Shown here: positions 57,034 through 64,000 of the stretch, one piece after another
Numbering within the stretch: the first letter of the stretch is position 1
Layout of the letters: each line of letters begins with the position of its first letter
IMG/VR virus record: IMGVR_UViG_3300037504_000149
Reading direction: 5' to 3' (one strand)
DNA: 64,000 bases
Source: a virus
Taxonomy: Duplodnaviria; Caudoviricetes
The notes under the pieces: generated by a model
The model's database searches: none
What the model was told of the DNA's origin: nothing
The model's input: the letters and a program-made list of their open reading frames with translations, nothing else
Position numbers and translations under genes: made by a program

Positions 57034-57800
57034 GTAAGATAATACTTTGGGAAACAATGAAAGATACAGTCGGTATCTGTAATAGAGGGTTAAAGGAAGT
57101 TATCAATAAACTAGGGGGAGAAGGGATAACTCTACCTCAAGCTCGTAAAGCTTGTAAGGAGGGGGTCTTTCCTTTATGGTATGCTGTTAGAGCAGCTACA
57201 GCACTGGAATTACCTAACTGGAAATTAGCTTTAGGGAAGGTAGTAGCACACGTTCATCCTAAAGCTAAAAAATACTATAAAGATGAAGCTGTCTATTTCT
57301 ATAACCAGAAGATTCTTGAGGAGGGTAGATTAGAAGATATAGATAGTGCTGCTGCTGGGGCTGCTGTTGATGCTGCTGCTACTTGGGCTGCTTGGGCTGC
57401 TACTTGGGCTACTAGGGCTGCTGGGTGGGCTGCTGCTCCCTGCTGCTCTGCTGCTAGGGCTGCTAATGCTGCTGAGGCTGCTGCTGGTGGTGTTGATGAA
57501 CTCATTGACATATACTTTGATACACTGGAGGAAAAAATGAAGGAAATAACTTTTACTAAGGAAGAGTTTTTAGCAGATGCTCGCAAGGCTGCTGAGAAAT
57601 ATGATGCGCTGCCAGAATGGAAGAAAGCTCATTTAACTTTTTCACAACCTTATTATACAAAAGAGAAAAAGATGATTGTTAAAGAAGGTTCTATACTAGC
57701 TAGAGCATTAAAAAATATTAGCTCTCGATATAAAAACGCTCCAGAATGGGTAAAGAATAATCTATCTGTTTCACGAAAGATCAAAAAAGAGGAGAAATGA
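57030..57800 (+). CDS. family B, copy 7, fused in frame to a downstream small gene (internal ATG 57537)
   Basis: LIDIYFDTLEEK-MKEIT...; GGAGG precedes the internal ATG. Confidence 0.8.
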   Translation: MSKIILWETMKDTVGICNRGLKEVINKLGGEGITLPQARKACKEGVFPLWYAVRAATALELPNWKLALGKVVAHVHPKAKKYYKDEAVYFYNQKILEEGRLEDIDSAAAGAAVDAAATWAAWAATWATRAAGWAAAPCCSAARAANAAEAAAGGVDELIDIYFDTLEEKMKEITFTKEEFLADARKAAEKYDALPEWKKAHLTFSQPYYTKEKKMIVKEGSILARALKNISSRYKNAPEWVKNNLSVSRKIKKEEK

Positions 57801-58954
57801 TGGAAATTAAACCTTGTCCCTTCAGTCATATAAGCACAGACAATGAGGCACCAGTTGCCGAGAATGAAGAATATTTAAAGAACCAACTGATTACATATAT
57901 TGGTAATAAAAGGTCATTGTTATACTTGATTAACAAAGCGATAATATCAATTAAAAAAAGAATCGGTAAAGATGCTTTACGTACATTTGATGTATTTAGC
58001 GGCTCCGGTATTGTTTCGAGACTGTTTAAATCTCATTCTTCATATATCATAGCTAATGATATTGAGGATTATGCGCATACTATTAGCAAATGTTATTTAA
58101 CTAATCGAAGTGAAGTTAACTATCATGTTATTAATAATATATTTAATGATATTAATAATAAAGTAATAAATAACAATTATTCCGAAGGGTTCATAGAGGA
58201 ATTGTATTCGCCAAATGATGATCAGAATATAACAATTGATGATAGGGTGTTCTATACGAAAAATAACGCTAGAAGAATTGATAATTATCGTCGTTTAATT
58301 GATACATATCCAAAAAAGTATAAAAAATTATTACTAGGCCCATTATTAAGTGAGGCTTCAATTCACGCAAATACAGCAGGTGTATTTAAGGGGTTCTATA
58401 AAAATGTAAAAACAAAAATTGGTCAATATGGTGGCTCTAATAGTGATGCATTAACTCGCATATTGGGTGATATAATACTTACAGAACCAATATTGAGTAA
58501 CTATGAATGTGATTATGCTGTATATCAAGAGGATGCAAATGCACTTGTTCGCAATATAGATGAGGTTGATATTGCTTATATAGACCCTCCATACAATCAA
58601 CATCCATATGGTTCTAACTATTTTATGTTAAATCTTATCAATAATTATAAGCGCCCAGGTGAAATCAGTAAGGTTTCAGGTATACCTAAAAATTGGAAGA
58701 GATCGGGCTATAACGTGCGAAAAAAATCAAAATTGTTGGTTTCTGATCTTGTTAATAACATAAAAGCAAAATATTTGTTAATATCATACAATGACGAAGG
58801 TTTTATTAGTCCTGATGATATGATGATAATACTAAATGATATTGGCAAAGTAGAGGTTGTAGAAAAAAAATATAACGCATTCAGAGGAAGCAGAAGTTTT
58901 AAAAATAGATCTATTCATGTTACCGAGCAATTATTTATAGTTGAAAGGAGATAG
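57797..58954 (+). CDS. adenine-specific DNA methyltransferase (D12 class)
   Basis: YIGNKRSLL, FDVFSGSG and YIDPPYN. Confidence 0.92.
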   Translation: MMEIKPCPFSHISTDNEAPVAENEEYLKNQLITYIGNKRSLLYLINKAIISIKKRIGKDALRTFDVFSGSGIVSRLFKSHSSYIIANDIEDYAHTISKCYLTNRSEVNYHVINNIFNDINNKVINNNYSEGFIEELYSPNDDQNITIDDRVFYTKNNARRIDNYRRLIDTYPKKYKKLLLGPLLSEASIHANTAGVFKGFYKNVKTKIGQYGGSNSDALTRILGDIILTEPILSNYECDYAVYQEDANALVRNIDEVDIAYIDPPYNQHPYGSNYFMLNLINNYKRPGEISKVSGIPKNWKRSGYNVRKKSKLLVSDLVNNIKAKYLLISYNDEGFISPDDMMIILNDIGKVEVVEKKYNAFRGSRSFKNRSIHVTEQLFIVERR

Positions 58955-58957
58955 ATT

Positions 58958-59086
58958 ATGTCTAAAAAACACGATCTACGTAAACAAAGAACTGGAACAA
59001 TAATAAATGTAACATCAAAGAAACAAGAACAAGATAACAGAGAGCGTCTTAGAATCGAGACAGAGAAAACAAAGGAGCAAGCATGA
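58958..59086 (+). pseudogene. short ORF, possible N-terminal remnant of the cognate restriction endonuclease
   Basis: MSKKHDLRKQRTGTIINVTSKKQE directly after the MTase, same AT-rich composition. Confidence 0.4.
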
Positions 59087-59466
59087 GAAACCTTTTCGAG
59101 GAATTGAGGGATTGGGGCAAGGAGTTATATAAGACATACTTAGAGCCGCATGGTTTGGTGCAGGTCGAGTGGAGTTCTTGTTATGTCAGTGATGAGTGGC
59201 ATCCTCCAGATGCTCTTTATCATCTCTACAAAGGAGTAGTGAATAGATTAGGTCTGGCTCTTTACTATAAAGAAGAGAGGCACGAGGACGAGTTTCGCTT
59301 GATGGGGTGTGGTGATATTATTCCAAGATTTTTTATACCATTCATAGAGTCCTTTGAGAACGGTATTAAAGAACAGGTCTCTCAAGTAGTTAATGGCGGC
59401 GTACCAGCGCGTAAAAAACTCCTTCACGCCTTGGACAAAGCACGGGGCAGTAGAGCAAAGAAATAA
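59083..59466 (+). CDS. hypothetical protein
   Basis: AAGGAG RBS. Confidence 0.65.
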   Translation: MRNLFEELRDWGKELYKTYLEPHGLVQVEWSSCYVSDEWHPPDALYHLYKGVVNRLGLALYYKEERHEDEFRLMGCGDIIPRFFIPFIESFENGIKEQVSQVVNGGVPARKKLLHALDKARGSRAKK

Positions 59467-59502
59467 AAGAAGAGATGATATATCTCTAAAAAGGAGTCAA
59501 AG

Positions 59503-59985
59503 ATGAAAGAGACTAACAGAAAGCACTTTAGGGTGTTTCAGGCCAGAAACGAAGAATGGTATTGGGAGTTATTACATAAGGGAAAGAAAATAGCTTCGGG
59601 GGGAGAAGGATTTCCTACAAAACAAGAATGCTTGTTGTATATTGGTAGAGTTAAGGAGTGTGTGGGCATTGCATCAATAGAAGATGAAGAACCGATAGAA
59701 GTAGCAAACAACTTGTTAACAACCTCATTAAAAGAAGGAGAAAAGATGAGATATATTCGAGATAAAGTACTAACCCTGATGTCTGAAGCTGCTGCTAGTA
59801 TTGATACTGAAGATTATGAGGTATGTGAGTGGGGTCCAGTAGAACAACTGGTAGCTAATGAATACAAATTCTTGAAAAGCATTGGAAGAGAACTTGGTCT
59901 TGATGTATATATTGCGGTTTCTGTTGATGGAGAAGCTGATGAGGATGTGGTTTGTTTTGGCCCAAAAGAGGATGATGATATTTAA
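59503..59985 (+). CDS. YegP/DUF1508-like domain fused to an AADE-family domain
   Basis: FRVFQARNEEWYWEL...KIASGGEGF.TK..C. Confidence 0.6.
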   Translation: MKETNRKHFRVFQARNEEWYWELLHKGKKIASGGEGFPTKQECLLYIGRVKECVGIASIEDEEPIEVANNLLTTSLKEGEKMRYIRDKVLTLMSEAAASIDTEDYEVCEWGPVEQLVANEYKFLKSIGRELGLDVYIAVSVDGEADEDVVCFGPKEDDDI

Positions 59986-60009
59986 AGTGCATCTCCAAAG
60001 GGACATACT

Positions 60010-60636
60010 ATGCTAAACCGCTTTGCCAGATTTTTGATGGTAGTGACATCTATAGCTCCGATACTGGGCTCAATTGGAATCTATCAGCTTGCTCTTGCTC
60101 GTCCCTGGTATTGCTGGGTGCCTTTGCTAGTGGTGGCGGCCCTTTTAGTTATATTATACTGGCTACTACTGAAATACTCAGCTAAGAATATCCAGAAAGA
60201 TACCCTAAAGATCAAGAGGTATAAGCGGTATGACGGATTTTGGATATACTTGCTTGTGTACTCACCACTATTACTAACACCATCGTTACTAGTAGGTAAC
60301 TACATACCCTCTGCAAGATGGTGGATCACTGTGGCATATATTTTTACAATGGTCTTTGTAGCGATTGCTAATACTGCCATGTCCCGCTTTAATCCTGTTA
60401 TGGGACTTCTCGGTTACCACTTATATAAGGTAAGGGATGTACGTGGTGCCCCTTATCTGCTGATAAGCAAGAATCGTCTTATCAGTAGGAAACATCTTAT
60501 TAGGGAGAAAGAAAGATTTCCTTCTTTTAAGACAGTTCTTAACCCTTGGCCAGCAGTAGATATTACAGCCGTAAGGCTTACACAAAATGTCTATCTTTAT
60601 ACAGAAGAGGGAGACATTTTCATTAACAAACCCTAG
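60010..60636 (+). CDS. multi-TM protein resembling Kiwa KwaA
   Basis: MLNRFARFLMVVTSIAP...4 TM...FNPVMGLLGYHLYKV...YLLIS. Confidence 0.5.
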   Translation: MLNRFARFLMVVTSIAPILGSIGIYQLALARPWYCWVPLLVVAALLVILYWLLLKYSAKNIQKDTLKIKRYKRYDGFWIYLLVYSPLLLTPSLLVGNYIPSARWWITVAYIFTMVFVAIANTAMSRFNPVMGLLGYHLYKVRDVRGAPYLLISKNRLISRKHLIREKERFPSFKTVLNPWPAVDITAVRLTQNVYLYTEEGDIFINKP

Positions 60637-60666
60637 TTAGTCGGGATTGAACCATAGGAGAGTGAG

Positions 60667-62154
60667 ATGCCCAAACTAAAACTCCAGACTTACCTTGCCA
60701 AAGCTGTCGTCGAGAAGGACGTAGAGACGGCGTATAAGGCAGAGCTAGCAGATACCCTACCCCACGCTACCCTAACCTCGCCTTACGGCTCTGACGGGCT
60801 TATACAGGACCAGGAGCTACGCATTCTATTTGAGGCAAAGTATGATTTGCAACTTAAGGTGCGGAAAGAAAGCATGGGAGTTGTAGCACAGGCCCTCTTC
60901 TACTTGAAGAAATTCGAGGAGGACGGAGAGGTCTTGCCGCAAGTTATATTGGTAGGGGATAAGAACGAGTGTTTCTTAATCCCTACTGATAAGCTGGTTA
61001 AATATCTGGACACAGATATTGATTGGGATGTTGCGCCAAGCAAGCCGCACCCGGTACTGCTACTAAAACTTATCGAAGACGTAGAAATCTCGCCATATGT
61101 CTATGATATTACAAAAGACCTAGATTTTGAAGAAATCATAGATCATGCCACAAACCTGGCCGAAGGCCACGAGTATAAGGTTAGAGCTTCAGTGGACAAC
61201 ATTGAAACCTTGTTCCAGCGGTGGGAAGAGGAGATTTTCAACGATAAGAAGTTGAAGTCAGGGGATAAGGTGGCTATATTCTTACAGGCGTTATTCTATC
61301 CTGAAGAGGTATATCTACATCCGAAGAAAAAGAACCTGCTGGTCTTAGATAAGACGGGGGAGAGCGTCAAAGTAAAGGCGGATGAATACCGTGCGTTCTT
61401 CTCCCACTTCGCTCAAGGCTATATGCCAACAGAAATTGATAAAATCTACTCTAAGAAAGATATACTGATTGAGGAAACAGAGAGGCGGTTCACAGGGCAG
61501 TTCTATACGCCAGCTTGGATCAACGATCTTTCCCACGAGATGATTAGTGAAGTGGTGGGGGAGAACTGGCGAGATGAGTATTTGGTGATTGACCCCGCTT
61601 GCGGAACCGCAAACTTGACAAGGGATTACCAATTTAGTAATCTGGTCTTGAGTACTCTGGAGTCCAGGGATATTGACATTATCCGAGAGCAACGCTATAA
61701 TGATGGAGCGGTGGTTGCTCAGTGGGATTTTTTGAATGACGAGATCCCGATGGAGATTAAGGCTAAGCTGGAGGGTGCGGAGAGAGTGGTGTGGTATTTG
61801 AATCCGCCCTTCAGTGATAGTGGTTCTGGCGGTCCTAGCAAAGAGAATAAGACCGGTGTGTCGGCTCACAAGGTTAAAGATTGGATGAAGGATGAAAAGC
61901 TAGGTCGAGCTAGCAATCAGCTTTATGCTCAGTTCTTCTACCGCATTACTAAGATCATGGAAGAGTATGGGTTATCTGGTTTTATCTGTAGCTACTCCGT
62001 ACCAGTCTTTATGACGGGCGGTAGCTTTAAGAAGTTTAGAGAATGGTGGGATAAGCGTTGGGAGTTCAGAGACGGCGCATTATTCCAAGCTAAAGAGTTT
62101 TCTACTGGTATTGGAGACTGGGGCGTTAGTATGACTTGTTGGGAGAGGAGATAA
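60667..62154 (+). CDS. type IIG-like restriction-modification enzyme, nuclease + MTase part
   Basis: DG...FEAK nuclease-like motif, GQFYTP, IDPACGT and LNPPF. Confidence 0.8.
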   Translation: MPKLKLQTYLAKAVVEKDVETAYKAELADTLPHATLTSPYGSDGLIQDQELRILFEAKYDLQLKVRKESMGVVAQALFYLKKFEEDGEVLPQVILVGDKNECFLIPTDKLVKYLDTDIDWDVAPSKPHPVLLLKLIEDVEISPYVYDITKDLDFEEIIDHATNLAEGHEYKVRASVDNIETLFQRWEEEIFNDKKLKSGDKVAIFLQALFYPEEVYLHPKKKNLLVLDKTGESVKVKADEYRAFFSHFAQGYMPTEIDKIYSKKDILIEETERRFTGQFYTPAWINDLSHEMISEVVGENWRDEYLVIDPACGTANLTRDYQFSNLVLSTLESRDIDIIREQRYNDGAVVAQWDFLNDEIPMEIKAKLEGAERVVWYLNPPFSDSGSGGPSKENKTGVSAHKVKDWMKDEKLGRASNQLYAQFFYRITKIMEEYGLSGFICSYSVPVFMTGGSFKKFREWWDKRWEFRDGALFQAKEFSTGIGDWGVSMTCWERR

Positions 62155-62155
62155 G

Positions 62156-62980
62156 ATGCTTCCTATAATTATTATAACACTTATTATACCAAATTGGGTA
62201 CTAACTTTAATTTTAGGAGTTATTTCAATAGCGCTGGGCATAAGAGCATTATATCTTACAAAGAAAAGTGATAAGCAGCAAATCCAAGCGCGACATTGGA
62301 ACGATTTTGTAGATGCGGAGTTTGAAATTGTAAAATTTGATACGTACACCCCACAACCAGATACTGTACGTACTATAAACAATGTGAATTATATCAGCCA
62401 AGGTATAGAAATGGTGCAGCATTCTTTTAATGAAACATGGGTAACTTTAGATAAGATTACCCTAGATGAGCGGCTACAATATACACCTTCTAATGTGAGA
62501 GATTATGAATTGGTAGGGATTACAGATATTGAAAATAATACTATTGAACTTAAACTTAGAGGCAAAGGACAAGATAATTATAGGGGATTAACAGTTAGAA
62601 TAGCACAGATGCTATCTTGTATTAAAAACCATAAAGTCTGGGTAACTTTTAAATATTTTGTAACATTAAACGATCGTCTCTATAGGAAGCAAAAAAGAGT
62701 AATGTGGTCTGGGGAGGAGTTTGGAAGTATTAAATTAGATTTAGATAAACTAGGTTTAAAAGTAGAAAGTATAGTATCCAGCAAAGAGGAAAAATTGGTA
62801 GGTAATATAACCATTAACTTCAATAAATTCTGCAAAAGTATACCTATAAATGTTTTTACCGAAAACTATCAAAGACACGCAAAAGCTTTAGAAAGGATAC
62901 AACGAACTAAAAATAATACGAGTCTTCTTGATTCATTAACGAAGAGGAGTATGGAGAGGAGTAAAGATGCCAACGCTTAA
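62156..62980 (+). CDS. membrane-anchored hypothetical protein inserted in the R-M locus
   Basis: N-terminal TM helix; AT-rich. Confidence 0.65.
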   Translation: MLPIIIITLIIPNWVLTLILGVISIALGIRALYLTKKSDKQQIQARHWNDFVDAEFEIVKFDTYTPQPDTVRTINNVNYISQGIEMVQHSFNETWVTLDKITLDERLQYTPSNVRDYELVGITDIENNTIELKLRGKGQDNYRGLTVRIAQMLSCIKNHKVWVTFKYFVTLNDRLYRKQKRVMWSGEEFGSIKLDLDKLGLKVESIVSSKEEKLVGNITINFNKFCKSIPINVFTENYQRHAKALERIQRTKNNTSLLDSLTKRSMERSKDANA

Positions 62981-63980
62981 AGTTTACCAGCTTAACAAAG
63001 AAACCTTCAAGCCGGAACACGTCGGTACGCAGAAGTTCTACAATACCGATAAGTGTGAATCTGGTTCGGAGTGGATAAAGACCAAAACAAAATCACAAAA
63101 AGTAGAAGGACCACTACAATCTTCTGGTTTATTGTTTAAGGAAAAAGGCCGTGGTAGTAGTGTAGAAGGTATGTTGGGAGATATGTATAACGATAATAAT
63201 AACGTATATAAAAACGCTCAGTCAGTGGCGTTGTATTCTGCTGGATTTTCAAGCGCAAACAATCAGTTTATCTTCCCCGACAACTTCCTCCGCTGTATCC
63301 TCCTCTTTACCGCTCGTAGACTAATAAAAGATAATTGGATAATACATCAAGCAGAATATTTGGCACCAGTACCTTCCCATCAACTAACCCGGTTCTGTGC
63401 TGATTCTTTAGTTTATGCTCTGTTTGAAATTAAAAACAACATGACCGCAGTTAGGGACGTAGAGCATAAGGGTAAGCTCTACAGAATCAAGAATAATCTA
63501 TTCTGGCGTAAACGAGCATTCATGCGCGATCTCGCCAACAAGCATCAGTTCCATGAGATGTTTAATGATCTCAGGAACGAGGCAGAAGAATCTTATATTC
63601 GACAAGAGGATAGTATAGGTCTTTCCCCGCTATGGTATTCTGAAGGAGCAACTATTCACTGGAAAGTGAATGTAGATGATCCTAAAATAAGTGACACATT
63701 AGAGGACGGAGAAAGCTGCCTTGTCTCGGTTTCCGAGATTGCGCAGAAAGTTCTTGACATGGCCGACAGTCTTCTGGTAGACTCTATGGAGATGCGAAGG
63801 GCATTCCACGTCGCGAATCCTGAATACAATCTTCACGCTTGGGATGCCGGATACTACCAGCTTAAATACCTTTGGCGTGAACTTTACCCAGAGCGATACG
63901 CCGAGTTTAGATCAGCTTACAAAGAACTAGAAGAGCATTTAAGACCCCAAGTATATGAATTGGGGATGTTACTGGACTAA
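62967..63980 (+). CDS. type IIG-like R-M enzyme, C-terminal (specificity) part
   Basis: LFTARRLI...W...EYLAP...WDAGYYQLK...LRPQVYELG resembles C-termini of fused IIG enzymes. Confidence 0.65.
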   Translation: MPTLKVYQLNKETFKPEHVGTQKFYNTDKCESGSEWIKTKTKSQKVEGPLQSSGLLFKEKGRGSSVEGMLGDMYNDNNNVYKNAQSVALYSAGFSSANNQFIFPDNFLRCILLFTARRLIKDNWIIHQAEYLAPVPSHQLTRFCADSLVYALFEIKNNMTAVRDVEHKGKLYRIKNNLFWRKRAFMRDLANKHQFHEMFNDLRNEAEESYIRQEDSIGLSPLWYSEGATIHWKVNVDDPKISDTLEDGESCLVSVSEIAQKVLDMADSLLVDSMEMRRAFHVANPEYNLHAWDAGYYQLKYLWRELYPERYAEFRSAYKELEEHLRPQVYELGMLLD

Positions 63981-64000
63981 TCCAGCATAAACACAACAAC

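Noticed and set aside
51715-57540. Diversity-generating retroelement
   Set aside because: No reverse transcriptase or template repeat in the window; variation is indel/microsatellite type, not adenine-specific
52404-57586. Ser-rich antisense and Leu-rich alternative-frame ORFs
   Set aside because: Shadows of GCT repeats in the family B genes
1-64000. Alternative genetic code (stop-codon reassignment)
   Set aside because: Recognisable genes are intact in code 11, and TAG, TGA and TAA all occur as genuine stops

Overview
This window is best read as a 64 kb slice of the early/accessory arm of a large (probably jumbo) bacteriophage; this is an inference, since no structural, terminase or polymerase genes are present. 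It carries more than 100 short, tightly packed, mostly + strand ORFs in the standard code, most of them hypothetical, and many near-consensus sigma70 promoters. Main features: (1) a non-coding, strand-asymmetric hub at about 11.9-14.1 kb with three tandem leftward promoters, an IHF site and iteron-like 8-mers (candidate origin or genome end). (2) An array at about 13.3-21.5 kb in which single cargo genes or RNAs alternate with a conserved ~200 bp module (terminator + back-to-back promoters + 5' hairpin + RBS); the cargo includes ArdC and a Csx16-like putative ring nuclease. (3) A tmRNA and several uncharacterised structured RNAs, including a ~530 nt RNA with many long-range pairings. (4) A minimal type V-like CRISPR locus: a 412 aa TnpB/Cas12f-like nuclease with an intact RuvC triad, a leader, 11 repeats of 37 bp and no cas1/cas2 in the window; two spacers are reverse complements of each other and cover an RBS plus start codon. 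(5) Seven tandem paralogues with a hypervariable Ala/Trp-rich segment. (6) A counter-defence and repair toolkit: Thg1-like, DarG-like macrodomain, DHH and calcineurin-like phosphoesterases, an orphan MTase, a split type IIG R-M enzyme and a KwaA-like protein. All family calls come from recognising motifs by eye; no database searches were run.
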